From contig CAINOE010000096.1 in the NCBI GenBank assembly GCA_903851415.1, positions 22,502-86,501 of the forward strand: 64,000 nt of DNA. Direction: 5' to 3'. The stretch is from an uncultured Rhodopila sp. GTDB lineage: Bacteria > Pseudomonadota > Alphaproteobacteria > Acetobacterales > Acetobacteraceae. The translations under genes were made by a program, and so were the position numbers. The notes under the pieces are model-generated. The model saw nothing but the letters and a program-made list of their open reading frames with translations, ran no database searches and was not told the DNA's origin. Shown here piece by piece: positions 7,930-18,739 of this stretch (the first letter of the stretch is position 1; every line of letters begins with the position of its first letter).

Positions 7930-10494
7930 TCAGACGTCCGGCCAGGTTTGCGCGAGCAGATGGTGAACCGCCTCGGCGGAGTCGAGTTCCAGCGCCCGCC
8001 TTGCGACACGGGCGCAATCCTGCGTGGACAGCGTGCGCAACAGCGCCTTCACCGCCGGGATGGCCGATGCGGTTGCGGACAGTTCCGTCACACCGAGCCC
8101 GACTAGCACCGCCGCGGCGCGCGGCAGCGAAGCGATGCCGCCGCACACCCCCACCCAGCGCTTGTGCCGGCGGGCGCCGTCGCAGGTCATCGCGATCAGC
8201 CGCAGGATGGCCGGATGCAGCCCGTCCATCTGGCGGGCGAGCAGCGGATTGCCGCGGTCCATCGCCAGCGTGTACTGGGTCAGATCGTTGCTGCCGATGG
8301 AGAAGAAATCCGCCTCGGCGGCGAGCGTCGCGGCCATCAGCGCCGCCGAGGGCACCTCCACCATGATGCCAAGCTGCACCGGGCCGGTGTGACCGAGTTC
8401 CGCCCGGACCTCGTCGAACAGGGCACGCGCGGCCCGGATCTCCTCCAGCAGGGCGATCATCGGCAGCATGATCCGGCATTGTCCGGCCGGTTGCACGCGC
8501 AGGATGGCGCGGAACTGGGCCCGCAGCAGGTCCGGCCGCCATAGCCCGACGCGCACCCCGCGCAGGCCAAGCGCGGGGTTCTCCTCGGGTGGCAAGTCCA
8601 GATAGGGCAGCGGCTTGTCGGCCCCGGCGTCGAGCGTGCGGATGATCAGCGGCCGGCCTTGCAGCCCCTCGGCGATCCGCTGATAGGTCGCGGATTGCAC
8701 GTCCTCGCTCGGCGCCGTCACGCGGTCGAGGAACAGGAACTCGCTGCGCAGCAGGCCGCAGCCTTCGGCGCCGCGGGCGAGCGCCTCGGGAATGTCGGCC
8801 TCGCCCCCGAGGTTGGCGGCGACCTCGATGCGGGCGCCGTCCGCCAGCCGGCAATCCGCGGCGGCGGCGCGCAGTTGCGTCGCGGCCCGTTCCCGCGCGG
8901 CGGTGACCGAGGCTTCGGTGCGGGCGAGTGTCTCGGCCTCCGGGAAGGCGCGCAGCGTGCCCGCCTCGGCGTCCAGGATGACCGGCGCGCCCTCCGGCAC
9001 CCGGGCGAGACCCGGGCCGACGGCGACCAGTGTCGGGATGCCGAGGGAGGCGGCCATGATCACGACATGCGATGTCCGGCCGCCGCGGGCGAGCGCGATG
9101 CCGGCGATGCCGTCCGCCGGCAGGGCGGCGAACTGCGACGGCAACAGGTCGTCGGCCAGCAGCACCGCACGCGGCGGCAGCACCACGGCTTCCTGCGCCT
9201 TCCCGCTGACCGCTTGCAGCACGCGGCGGCCGACATCGCGCAGATCGTCGGTTCGCTCCGCCATGCGGTCGATGCCGAGGCCGCGCAGGATGTCGATCTG
9301 CCGATCGATTGCGCCGCTCCAGGCGAAGCCGGCGCTTTTGCCGGCGGCGATGGCTGCGTCCGCCGCGCCGATAAGGTCGGGGTCCTCGACGAAGGCCAGA
9401 TGCGCGCCGAGGATTTCGGCTTGCGGGGAGCCGGCGGGGGCACGGCCGATCTCGGCTTGCAGAGCGGCCTGCGCAGCGGCGAGGGCGCGGTGCAGAGTGT
9501 CGTGCTCGGCCGCGGGTTCGCCGCCGTATTCGGCCACGTCCACCCGCTCCGTATGGAGAGGGAACGCGGTGCCGACGGCACGGCCGGGCACGGCGGCGAC
9601 GCCGGACAGAACCTGCTCGGTGCCGGGGGCGAAGGGCACGGCGGGGGGTTCTGCTTTCGGGGCGGCCGGGGCGGGGGGCGACGCTTGTTCGGCGGCTTCG
9701 AACCCGTGGCCTTCGGCCAGCAGGGCGGCGATGGCGTCCAACGCCGCCTCGGCGTCGGCACCGAGCGCGGTCAGCGTGACGGTGTCCCCGGCCTGCGCAC
9801 CGAGGCCCATGAGCGAGACCGAACTGCGCGCGTTCGCCCTGGTGCCGCGAAATGCCATGGCGGTCTCGGCCTGGAAGCCTCTGGCCGCGGCGGAAATCAG
9901 CCCGGCGGGGCGGGCGTGCAGGCCGGTGGGGATGCGCAGCACCACGTCGCGGGTGGTTTCCGCGGTTTGGGGCGCGGCGGTCCAGGCGGATTCGGGCGCA
10001 GCGGAGTCCGGTGCGATCGTGAAGATCGCCTCTCCGGTTTTCACCTCCCGACCCTGCCGCCGATCGGCCACGGTGAAGGTGCGGTCGCCGGCGGTGACGA
10101 TGACCGGGCTGAGGAGGCTTTTCACCCGCCCGGCGATCGAGGCGGCGTCGAAGCTGATCAGCGCGTCGCCTTGGCGGACCTGCTGGCCGGCGGCGACGTG
10201 GGGGGTAAAGCCGGCGCCGTTCAGCTCGACGGTGTCGAGGCCGATATGCATCAGGATGTCCGCGCCCGCGGTGGTGCGCAGGGTTAGCGCATGGTGGGCG
10301 CGGTGCAGCATCGTGATGGTGCCGTCGCATGGGGCGCGGAGGATCTGATCGACCGGGTCGATGGCCACGCCGTCGCCGAGCACCAGGCCGGCAAAGACGG
10401 GGTCCGGCAGTTCGGCCAACGGAGTCGCCCAGCCGGCCAGCGGCGCCATCACGGTTTCCCGTGGACCGGATTGAGCGCCGATATCGGGACTCAT
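7930..10494 (-). CDS. ptsP: multiphosphoryl transfer protein EIIA(Glc)-HPr-EI
   Basis: DPVF..LGDG and HIGLDTV (EIIA), GLHARPA (HPr), [28 protein letters not shown] (EI); GGAGG RBS. Confidence 0.92.
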   Translation of the reverse strand: MSPDIGAQSGPRETVMAPLAGWATPLAELPDPVFAGLVLGDGVAIDPVDQILRAPCDGTITMLHRAHHALTLRTTAGADILMHIGLDTVELNGAGFTPHVAAGQQVRQGDALISFDAASIAGRVKSLLSPVIVTAGDRTFTVADRRQGREVKTGEAIFTIAPDSAAPESAWTAAPQTAETTRDVVLRIPTGLHARPAGLISAAARGFQAETAMAFRGTRANARSSVSLMGLGAQAGDTVTLTALGADAEAALDAIAALLAEGHGFEAAEQASPPAPAAPKAEPPAVPFAPGTEQVLSGVAAVPGRAVGTAFPLHTERVDVAEYGGEPAAEHDTLHRALAAAQAALQAEIGRAPAGSPQAEILGAHLAFVEDPDLIGAADAAIAAGKSAGFAWSGAIDRQIDILRGLGIDRMAERTDDLRDVGRRVLQAVSGKAQEAVVLPPRAVLLADDLLPSQFAALPADGIAGIALARGGRTSHVVIMAASLGIPTLVAVGPGLARVPEGAPVILDAEAGTLRAFPEAETLARTEASVTAARERAATQLRAAAADCRLADGARIEVAANLGGEADIPEALARGAEGCGLLRSEFLFLDRVTAPSEDVQSATYQRIAEGLQGRPLIIRTLDAGADKPLPYLDLPPEENPALGLRGVRVGLWRPDLLRAQFRAILRVQPAGQCRIMLPMIALLEEIRAARALFDEVRAELGHTGPVQLGIMVEVPSAALMAATLAAEADFFSIGSNDLTQYTLAMDRGNPLLARQMDGLHPAILRLIAMTCDGARRHKRWVGVCGGIASLPRAAAVLVGLGVTELSATASAIPAVKALLRTLSTQDCARVARRALELDSAEAVHHLLAQTWPDV

Positions 10495-10778
10495 GCGTGC
10501 CTCCTCCGTCAGGCTGATGCCGGTTGGTCACCGGACTGTCTTTTTCGACTCTGCACGGAATGGTAGCAATGGTCGATACGCCTAAGATCGCGCGGACTGG
10601 CGATCCGGCGGACTCCTGCCGCTTGCAGCTTGGGCGTTGACTCGCCGTGCGGGGTATAAGCGATTGATAAGCGGTGTGGTTATTACTGCGGGTTGCGTGG
10701 GCTCACGGGCTGAGCCAAGGGATCAATATCTTGTCACCCCGGATCGACGGAGCTTCGTTGCGCCTCATGCGGACGGGG

Positions 10779-12242
10779 CTAAGTCAGCGCGACTGCTTTC
10801 CGTCGCATCCGCCGTCGAAGCGTGTCGCCGGCGAGCGACCGCACCTCGCCCACGTCGAGCGCAAGCGCGCTGACACTGTAGAGCACTGCTCCCAACATGA
10901 CGGCTGCGAAGAGGCCATACCAGTTGAGCGGGAAGCGTATCCATGTCAGACCGGCGATCATCGGGACCACGGCCAATAGACAGCGAACCGTCTGTCCGGG
11001 CGGCAGCCACACCGGGAACAGGGACGTCCCGATAAAACAGCCGGCAATCACCGTCAGCCATTGGCACGCGAGGGCAGTCCAGGCGGCGCCGAACATGCCA
11101 TAGCGCGGCACGACGAAAAGATTGATCGCGATGTTCAGGATCGTCACCGGCACATATGTCCAGAGCATCCTCAACGGCCGCCCGGACAAATGGAAGGCAT
11201 GGTCGACGAAATGCGCCCGCAGGCAGCGGGCTAGCGCCGTGAACGCCATGATCGGCAGAAGCGCGGCGACGCCCTCGCGAAATGCCGGACCGACGAGCGA
11301 AGCGGCGATATAATCGGCGGTGAGCGCCAGGCCGGCGCAGGCCGGCAAGCCAACCGCCAGCAGCGCGATCCCGTTTCGCCCGGCCTGAAGCCGGGCGGCG
11401 TCTTTGCCCTGGTGCTCCAGCACCTTCACCACCAGGGGGAACGTCGTCGTGGTGATCGAGCCGCAGATCAGGGCCGTCGGCCGCTCCACCAGGCTGTAGG
11501 CGACGGCGAAAATGCCCAGCGCCCCGGCCCCGGCCATCGATCCGATCATGAAGCGGTCGCTGGTCTGCAGCGTCGCTGTGGTCGCCGCGACCGCGACCAT
11601 CGGCCATGCATAGGCGATGAGGCGCACCAGTTCCGCCTTGTCCAGGCCCCGCGCGGTTGGCGCAAGCGGTGCCAGCAGCAGGCGGACATCGGCGAGCGAA
11701 CAGACGACCGCAGCGATCAGAAGGCCCAGCACGATCGCCGCCGCGGACGGACCGAGCAGGTAGAGCGCCACCAACCCGAGGCCAAAGCCGAGAGCCGCAT
11801 GCGCGCATTCGATCGCATTGTAGCGCCGCATCCGGTCGGCCGAGCGGTTGACCGTCTGGTTAAGCTGAACGAGCGAGCGAAATAGCAGCATGGGCCCGGC
11901 CAGCAAGGCCGGCAGGCGGTATTCCTGCGGCATGTCGATGGCCAGCATCAAGCCGGCACAGAGCACCGTTGCCGCGGCGGCCAGACCGTAGAAGACCAGG
12001 TAGGCTTCCTTCAGCAGGCGATCCTTCCGGCGGGCTTTCGCCGCGCCGGGGTAGAACCGCATCACGGCGATCGGCAGTGCCTGGAACAGCGACGTCTGCA
12101 GCACGAGCACGGTGGCGAACACGTAGCTGTAGACGCCGAATGCCGACGGCGACAGCAGCCGCGTATAGACATAAACCATCAAAATCGAAACGACGGCCGG
12201 CACCACGTTGGATGGCACGTAGCCAAGGATTTGGCGATACAA
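10779..12242 (-). CDS. oligosaccharide flippase (Wzx / polysaccharide biosynthesis family)
   Basis: YTRLLSPSAFG, DRFMIG..AG..ALGIFAVAY, PRYGMFGAA; many TM helices; start uncertain (TTG 12242 vs ATG 12344). Confidence 0.8.
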   Translation of the reverse strand: MYRQILGYVPSNVVPAVVSILMVYVYTRLLSPSAFGVYSYVFATVLVLQTSLFQALPIAVMRFYPGAAKARRKDRLLKEAYLVFYGLAAAATVLCAGLMLAIDMPQEYRLPALLAGPMLLFRSLVQLNQTVNRSADRMRRYNAIECAHAALGFGLGLVALYLLGPSAAAIVLGLLIAAVVCSLADVRLLLAPLAPTARGLDKAELVRLIAYAWPMVAVAATTATLQTSDRFMIGSMAGAGALGIFAVAYSLVERPTALICGSITTTTFPLVVKVLEHQGKDAARLQAGRNGIALLAVGLPACAGLALTADYIAASLVGPAFREGVAALLPIMAFTALARCLRAHFVDHAFHLSGRPLRMLWTYVPVTILNIAINLFVVPRYGMFGAAWTALACQWLTVIAGCFIGTSLFPVWLPPGQTVRCLLAVVPMIAGLTWIRFPLNWYGLFAAVMLGAVLYSVSALALDVGEVRSLAGDTLRRRMRRKAVALT

Positions 12243-12471
12243 GGGTGAACTGCCTCGCTGAGAACGAACGCACGTGTCCGACGTCTGACGATCGTTGCTG
12301 GCGATCCAACGGACCCCCGGATGTGGATCCGCTTTCGCCATCATGCCGGACGCTTTGGCAGGCCTGATAATGGCGTATCGATTCAGTGCGCATCAAATCA
12401 CGTTGGCATGACGATCGATCCTGCGGCCTGGATCGCGCCGGTTGGCGAAGATCGGCGGGCGGCCGACCTGC

Positions 12472-12996
12472 TCACGCATAAGCGCCGACGACCTGCCGCC
12501 TGGCGTGGCCGCGCTGGTGATCCGGCGCGCCCGATGCCGATACGATATCACATCGCATCGCACCGAGCAGTGCTTCCAGGTGGAGCGCGTTCAATTCAAC
12601 CCCGGCAGTGAGGTCGCCTGAACTGATGTCCACGTCATCCTCCAGGAATACTGAATGATCAATGTAAAAATCGGCATTTCCAAAGAACTGGGTGGGCGAT
12701 ATCGCTCCAACCACGACATCGAAATCTTCGGCAAGGGCCTCCCGGCCAACGAGATCGATTTTGATCCCGCCCGCCACGGATCTTACTTTCTTCAGCTTCA
12801 AAACCCTGTCGCCGGGGATCAGCATTACATGCAAGCCCCCCTCGATATCCATTCCTACCATGCATTTGACTATCTGAGATACTCGCACGCCGCGTTCCCG
12901 GGCGGCGTCTTCGCAGTTATAAGCCGGCAGAGAATGACGCTTCAACTTGTAAGGAATCCCGCGCTCCGATAGAAAGCGGGTGACGACGGTCTCCAT
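12472..12996 (-). CDS. YbaK/EbsC aminoacyl-tRNA deacylase family protein
   Basis: SQIVKCMV, GAISP, ISSG motifs; AAGGAG RBS before ATG 12996. Confidence 0.75.
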   Translation of the reverse strand: METVVTRFLSERGIPYKLKRHSLPAYNCEDAARERGVRVSQIVKCMVGMDIEGGLHVMLIPGDRVLKLKKVRSVAGGIKIDLVGREALAEDFDVVVGAISPTQFFGNADFYIDHSVFLEDDVDISSGDLTAGVELNALHLEALLGAMRCDIVSASGAPDHQRGHARRQVVGAYA

Positions 12997-13236
12997 TCTG
13001 TCTCTCCTTGATTGCGCTTTGATGTGCCTGGATCCGGTTGATGCAGCGGCCGCGATCCCTCGCACCGGGGGAGACCAGGCAGCCGGTCCCGGGAACGGAT
13101 AGCGGCGGTTCAGATCGCCGGCGTGGAGTGGCTGGCCATCGCTGGCCGAACGCTTATGCGGGTGGCCCTAAACGGAAGCCGAATCGGCCCCCCCTGCGGA
13201 AGCCCGGTCCGACAACGAGGCTCCGCCGGGAAACAC

Positions 13237-14190
13237 TCACGCCGCCGCTTTCGATGCAATCGAGTCGAGCCTCTTTTGCAAAGCTGCCGCGAGCACCGAC
13301 ACTTCCGGACCGCGCAGGATTTCTTCAATGTCAAGGCTGCCGACGCTGTGTTGGCGCACGGTCCGGGCGAATGCCCGCCAGCGATTGGCGTGGTGCCATT
13401 CCTCGCCGCTAACGAACTGATCGATCTCTCCGTCGTATCGTCGCGGCCGGTAGGCGCGGACCGCGGCGAGCGTTGCGCCGCCGACACGCAGATCGATCTT
13501 TGTCATGGAGCTGACCTCCGGCGGCGCCTCGGGCTGATGAACGCGTTCCGGCGGGCGAATGAGCTTCTGAAGCCTGCGCATAATTTTCTGCTTCCGCTCC
13601 GCCAGCGAGCCCGAGGTCAGGCGCGACGCAAAGCGGGCAAGGGGCAAGAAGGCGGTCGGAAACGGGCTTCCTATCAGCCCGAGAAAAGCGACCTCCTGGC
13701 CGGAAGCGGTCAATTGTTGCGCGATTTCGAAAGCGATCGTTCCTCCAGAGCAATGGCCGCCGAGGAGGTAGGGACCATTGGGGCGGTAGCGGCGGATCTG
13801 CTCGACCTGGAACCGCGCAAGCGACTCCACCGACGCCAACGGCTCGCTGCCGTCCAGGCCCGGAGGCTGGACACCGAGAACGGGTTGCTCCGGATCAAGG
13901 TGGCGCGCCAGCGGGAGCATGAAAAACACGTCGCCACGATACCCGGACACAATGAACAACGGCGGCAGGCGTCCCCCGGGCTTGATCGGCACAATCGCGG
14001 CGGGCGTGCTCTTCAACGCCTCCGCCTCATGCAGGAACGCCAGGATTTCCTGTTTCCGGCTGGCCAGGGTTGCCCGCGTCTCGGCATCGAGGGCGCCTGC
14101 AGGCGCGGAGCACTTTATCCGGCCGTCGTCGACCCACAGCCTGACGTCCCGCTCACGCAGATTGGAGAGAAGGCTGGCGGTGTCCATCAT
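13237..14190 (-). CDS. thioesterase-fold protein with N-terminal TubC-type beta-hairpin docking domain
   Basis: LLSNLRERDVRLWVDDGRIKCSAPAGAL...KQEILAFL docking domain; GPYLLGGHCSGG thioesterase motif; ATGA overlap with upstream gene. Confidence 0.8.
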   Translation of the reverse strand: MMDTASLLSNLRERDVRLWVDDGRIKCSAPAGALDAETRATLASRKQEILAFLHEAEALKSTPAAIVPIKPGGRLPPLFIVSGYRGDVFFMLPLARHLDPEQPVLGVQPPGLDGSEPLASVESLARFQVEQIRRYRPNGPYLLGGHCSGGTIAFEIAQQLTASGQEVAFLGLIGSPFPTAFLPLARFASRLTSGSLAERKQKIMRRLQKLIRPPERVHQPEAPPEVSSMTKIDLRVGGATLAAVRAYRPRRYDGEIDQFVSGEEWHHANRWRAFARTVRQHSVGSLDIEEILRGPEVSVLAAALQKRLDSIASKAAA

Positions 14191-16115
14191 AGAACGAACT
14201 CTTCCCGCTGAGCGGAGACGGCTTCGGACTCGTGCTGCATCAGCACGAGACTGTCGACGAGTTCCGAAAGCCCGGCGATCGTCGGCCGATCGAACAGGGC
14301 CGCAAGCTGGAAATCGACGCCGAAAATCTCATGCAGCCGAACGAGCAGCCTGACAGCGGCGATCGAGTCTCCGCCCAGATCGAAGTAGTCGTCATGTATC
14401 CCGATACTGTCCATCCCCAGCAGCTGGCTCCAGATCGCCGCGATGGTAGTCTCGGTCTTCGTCCGCGGGGTCCCGCCCGCACCGGCACTGGAGACCTCCC
14501 GCGGCGGAGGCGGCAGCGCCTTGCGGTCGAACTTCCCGTTCGGCGTCAGCGGCAGCGAGTCCATGCAGACGAATTTCCCGGGCACCATGTATTCGGGGAG
14601 TTTTTGTCTCAGGAACCCGCGCAGGTCATCGGCACCCGGTCCGCCGCGATCGCGCGAGACCACGTAGCCTACGAGCTGCCTGTTCCCGGGATCATCCTCG
14701 CGCGCCAGGACAACGCAGGACCGCACCCCGGGGTGCGCGGCGAGGGCCGCTTCGATCTCGCCGAGTTCGATGCGGTAGCCGCGGACCTTCACCTGGTCGT
14801 CGGCCCGGCCCAGGCACTGCAACGTGCCGTCGGCCTGATATTGCGCAAGGTCTCCGGTCCGGAACAGGCACGCGCCGGGGACGCCGCCGAACGGGTCGGG
14901 CACGAACCGCTCGGCCGTGAGTTCCGGCCGGTTCAGATAACCGCGCGCCACGCCCGCTCCACCGATGTACAGCTCGCCTGTCACGCCGGCGGGCACCGGC
15001 CGCATGTCCGGATCGAGCACATACAACTGTGTGTTGGCGATCGGCCGCCCAATGGGCACGGCCCCGGTATCGGCATCGGCGGGCTGGACTTCGTAAACGC
15101 TGCAACCGACAACCGTCTCGGTGGGGCCATACTCGTTGATGAGCCGCACCGGAGGGACCAGGCTGCGCCAGAGCCGCAGGTTTTCGGCCAGCAGGTTCTC
15201 GCCGCCGATGACAAAAGCCCGGCACATCCCCGCCGCCTGCTCCGGGGTCAACTGCCCGTTCAGCAGTTCCAGGTGAGCCGGCGTGATCTTGACCAGGCTT
15301 CGGCCGCCGCTGCGCAGCAGCGCGGCCAGCAGGTTCTGCGCGCCGAGATCCTCCGGCAGAAGTTCGACTGTCCCGCCGGCCAGCAAGGGCGTGTAGAGGC
15401 TGGTCACCGTGAGGTCGAAGGCAACGGACGTGTGAACCGGAACCGAGCGTCCCGGCTCGACAGCGTAGGCGCTGATGGCCCACCAAAGATAGTTGACCAG
15501 ACCGCGCTGCACGATCATCGCGCCTTTCGGTTGGCCAGTCGATCCGGATGTGTACATGACGTACGCCAGATCGGACGGGCAGGCCGCAGGCGGCAGATTT
15601 TCACCGCTCTCCCGGGCGAGCACCGGCCAGGCGGAATCCAGGCAGATCGTCTTGCCGTCGGGCACGGAGGCAAACAGCGTGCGGCATTTCTCCTCGGTCA
15701 ACAGCAGAAGCGTCCGGGCGTCCGCGATCATGAACGACAGGCGCTCCGGCGGGTAGGCCGGATCCAGGGGCACGTAGGCGCCGCCGGCCTTCCAGACGGC
15801 CAGCAACGCGACGACCATCTCCGGGGAACGCTCGATGCACACCCCCACCAGCACGTCAGGTCCCACGCCACGCCCGCGAAGATGGTGCGCCACCCTGTTC
15901 GCGCGGTCATTCAGCTCGCCATAGGTGACCCGGCGCTGGCCGAAAACCAGGGCAATGGCTTCGGGATCGCGGGCAACCTGTTGCTCGAACAGCTCGTGTG
16001 CGCAGACCTGCGGGAAATCCGCCTGCGTTTCGTTGTTTGCTACTAACAGTTCCTCCCACTCGCCGTTGGCTGTTACTGAGTGGAACCGCGCTAGCACTTC
16101 GCTGGATGCCGTCAC
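14187..16115 (-). CDS. stand-alone NRPS adenylation + carrier (A-T) protein
   Basis: YTSGSTGQPKG, NEYGPTE, GELYIGG, RTGD, NGKFDR, PCP LGGDS; GTGA overlap with upstream stop and GGAGG RBS. Confidence 0.9.
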   Translation of the reverse strand: MTASSEVLARFHSVTANGEWEELLVANNETQADFPQVCAHELFEQQVARDPEAIALVFGQRRVTYGELNDRANRVAHHLRGRGVGPDVLVGVCIERSPEMVVALLAVWKAGGAYVPLDPAYPPERLSFMIADARTLLLLTEEKCRTLFASVPDGKTICLDSAWPVLARESGENLPPAACPSDLAYVMYTSGSTGQPKGAMIVQRGLVNYLWWAISAYAVEPGRSVPVHTSVAFDLTVTSLYTPLLAGGTVELLPEDLGAQNLLAALLRSGGRSLVKITPAHLELLNGQLTPEQAAGMCRAFVIGGENLLAENLRLWRSLVPPVRLINEYGPTETVVGCSVYEVQPADADTGAVPIGRPIANTQLYVLDPDMRPVPAGVTGELYIGGAGVARGYLNRPELTAERFVPDPFGGVPGACLFRTGDLAQYQADGTLQCLGRADDQVKVRGYRIELGEIEAALAAHPGVRSCVVLAREDDPGNRQLVGYVVSRDRGGPGADDLRGFLRQKLPEYMVPGKFVCMDSLPLTPNGKFDRKALPPPPREVSSAGAGGTPRTKTETTIAAIWSQLLGMDSIGIHDDYFDLGGDSIAAVRLLVRLHEIFGVDFQLAALFDRPTIAGLSELVDSLVLMQHESEAVSAQREEFVL

Positions 16116-17266
16116 AGGGACCTCCCTACTAACTCTTTCATGATCTCGTTCGAGCCTCCGAAGATGCGTTGCACGCGGCTGTCCGCCCACATGCGGCCGA
16201 TCAGGCAGTCCTGCATGTAGCCGTAGCCGCCGTGCAGTTGCACGCACTCGTCGATGATGTGGAACTGGCGGTCGGTCAGCCAGTACTTCGCCATCGCCGC
16301 AGTAACCGGATCGAGCTTCCCGGCAATGAACTGCTGGATGCAATTGTCGACGAAAATTCGCCCGATATGAGCTTCGGTCTTGCACTCCGCCAATTTGAAG
16401 CGCGTATTCTGCAACTCGAGCAGCGGCTTTCCGAAGGCTTGCCGGTCCTTGACGTAGCGCGTCGTCATTTCAACCGCGGCCTCCGCGGCCGCCACCGCGC
16501 TCAGTCCGATGGACAGGCGTTCGTAGCAGAGTTGGTCCATCAACTGGAACAGTCCGCGGCCTTCGCCCGAACCAAGCAGGTTGGCGACGGGAACATGCAC
16601 GTCGTCGAAAAACAGTTCGCAGACATCCTGAGCGTGGCGGCCGATCTTTTGCAGCGGACGGCCGATTTGGTAGCCGGGCAGGTCCCCGGTCTCAAGCATC
16701 ACGAGCGACAGTGCCCGGGGCCCGACCGCCTTTGGATCCGTGCGCACGGCGAGGCAGACAAGGCCCGCCCGGGCACCGTTGGTGATGAACGTCTTCGAAC
16801 CGCGGATGATGTACTGATCGCCCTCCTTCCGGGCCGTGGTCTTCATGGCCTGGAGGTCGGAACCGGCGTCCGGCTCGGTCATTGCGATCGCGCCGACAAG
16901 GTCGCCGCTGGCCATGCGCGGCAGCCAGCGGCGCTTCTGCTCCGGGTTCCCATAGCTGAGGATGTAATGCGCGACGATGCTTTGGACGCTGAAGCCGATG
17001 TGGATACCGGTGCGGGCGAGTTCCTCGATGACGACGGCCTCGTGCGCGAAGGTTCCGCCGCCGCCGCCGTATTCTTCGGGCACGTCCGGGAGCAGCAGCC
17101 CCGTCCTGCCTGCCTTGATCCAGGCGCTGGCATCGGAGCGGCCCTGTTCGGACCACTGCGACTGGTAGGGCGCAAGCTCCCGATCGGTGAACTGGCGGAC
17201 CGTATCCCGGAATGTCCGCGTGTCATCGGTCATCCAGGGCGACTCGCCCCTGGCTGGTTCCATCAT
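16112..17266 (-). CDS. acyl-CoA dehydrogenase family protein
   Basis: AIAMTEPDAGSDL, KTFITNG, QLHGGYGY, IFGGSNEIMK. Confidence 0.92.
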   Translation of the reverse strand: MMEPARGESPWMTDDTRTFRDTVRQFTDRELAPYQSQWSEQGRSDASAWIKAGRTGLLLPDVPEEYGGGGGTFAHEAVVIEELARTGIHIGFSVQSIVAHYILSYGNPEQKRRWLPRMASGDLVGAIAMTEPDAGSDLQAMKTTARKEGDQYIIRGSKTFITNGARAGLVCLAVRTDPKAVGPRALSLVMLETGDLPGYQIGRPLQKIGRHAQDVCELFFDDVHVPVANLLGSGEGRGLFQLMDQLCYERLSIGLSAVAAAEAAVEMTTRYVKDRQAFGKPLLELQNTRFKLAECKTEAHIGRIFVDNCIQQFIAGKLDPVTAAMAKYWLTDRQFHIIDECVQLHGGYGYMQDCLIGRMWADSRVQRIFGGSNEIMKELVGRSL

Positions 17267-17604
17267 CTTGTTCCGCCAAATCGGTAGGTGTATGTTATGT
17301 GTTATAAAGACGCGATTGCATTTATCCGGCAAATAAAAGGTCGGTGAATGGGTCAGTACTCTTCATCTAAAATAAACGAGAGATTGGATCGGCCGAGGGA
17401 ATTTTACACGCGATATTGTAGGTTACATGCCACAATCGGCGCCTGAGACGATTCTTATCGATGGATACTGTCTACGCCGGAAGGCCGCGCGCCCTCGAAG
17501 CGGAATGCAAAACGGTCAATCGATGAGTTGGCAGCGATCGGGGTGGCTGGTCCTGAGTGGTCCATATCATGGGTCCACTTCGCTGCAAGCAACTCCGCGC
17601 GAAC

Positions 17605-18445
17605 TCAGGTGACCGCCAAGGCCCGCTCCATCAGCCGCACCGAATGAACGGCCTCGCGCCCGGACAGATCACGGATCTGGTGCCGGCAGGACGTGCCGTC
17701 CGCCACGATGACATCCCCCCCCCGCCGCCGCCCGCACCGCCTGGAGCAGGCCTCCCTCTGCCATCGCCCGGGACACGGCCTCGGTCTCCCGCTGGTAACC
17801 GAGCGTTCCGGCCATCCCGCAGAGTCTTCCAGACCAATAATCGGCAGGTCGAGCGGCATGTGCGCCATCGTGCGCCGGGCTTCCTCCCTCGCCTTGTCCA
17901 CCATGCCCGCCGCCAGCCAGGTGCGTGCGCGGCTTGACCGGATGCAGGACCAGTTCGATCGCGGCGGAGAACGCGAGCGTGCCCTCCGACCCGACCAGCA
18001 GGCGGGCGAGGTTGCCGCGTCCGTTGGCGCGCGCCGCGGGCGTCAGCGCGTCGCTGTCGTAGCCGCCGACGCGGCGGAGCTGCTTCGGGAAACGCGCCTC
18101 GATCTCCTCCGCCTCGGCCGCGCCCAGGGTCCGCAGGCGCTGGATCAGGTCGGCCACGGTAGCGGGGTGCGGTCGCCGAGAGTGTCGGGGGTTGCACCGA
18201 AGCGGTGCTGCGAGCCGTCCGACAGGATCGCCTCGATCGAACGGACATTGTCGGCCATCAGGCCGTAGCGGATGGATTTTGCTCCGCAGGAATTGTTGCC
18301 GGCCATGCCGCCGATGGTGCAGCGGGAATTCGATCTGGTAGATCGAGGCGTCGGTGCTGTAGCGGCCCCGGCTGGCGCGGTCGAACAGAACCTCGCCCTT
18401 GATGTTGCGGGCCAGGCGCATCGCGAAAGCCGCGTTGTCCGGCAT
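17605..18445 (-). pseudogene. internally deleted, frameshifted FAD-linked oxidase/Fe-S protein remnant
   Basis: Colinear motif fragments in different frames: YSTDASIYQ, CTIGGMAGNNSCG, LVGSEGTL, CGMAGT.GY, ADGTSCRHQI. Confidence 0.8.
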
Positions 18446-18589
18446 TATCGGGTCGGTCAGGGAAGCGCTCATGCGGATGGATCAGCCCGTGTGGGCGTGC
18501 AGCAATGGCAAAGCCGCGGATCAGCCGCAAGCACGGGGCGCCGGGGACCATGAAAAGCGCCGGAGACGGCATCCCGCGCCGGATTCGGA

Positions 18590-18645
18590 AGCATTCTTTC
18601 TTCTCTGTGTCCTCTGCGGTCCTCGATCTTCCTCTGTGTTGAATC
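18590..18645. repeat. orphan short repeat arm (CTCTGTGT/CTCTGCGG units)
   Basis: ttctctgtgtcctctgcggtcctcgatcttcctctgtgtt, pyrimidine-rich intergenic repeat. Confidence 0.3.
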
Positions 18646-18739
18646 GCGGAACTGCGAGGCCCAACGGCCTGTCGATGCTGTCCCGGGACGGCAGATCGCT
18701 GAGACGGAGTGAGATCGCTGGAGCTTCGTTTCGCCCCGT

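Noticed and set aside
7886-10531. Long alternative-frame and antisense ORFs (881, 542 and 518 aa; likewise 26448-28403, 45949-48081, 52725-54941)
   Set aside because: Shadow ORFs of well-supported genes in high-GC DNA, Arg/Pro-rich and without motifs.
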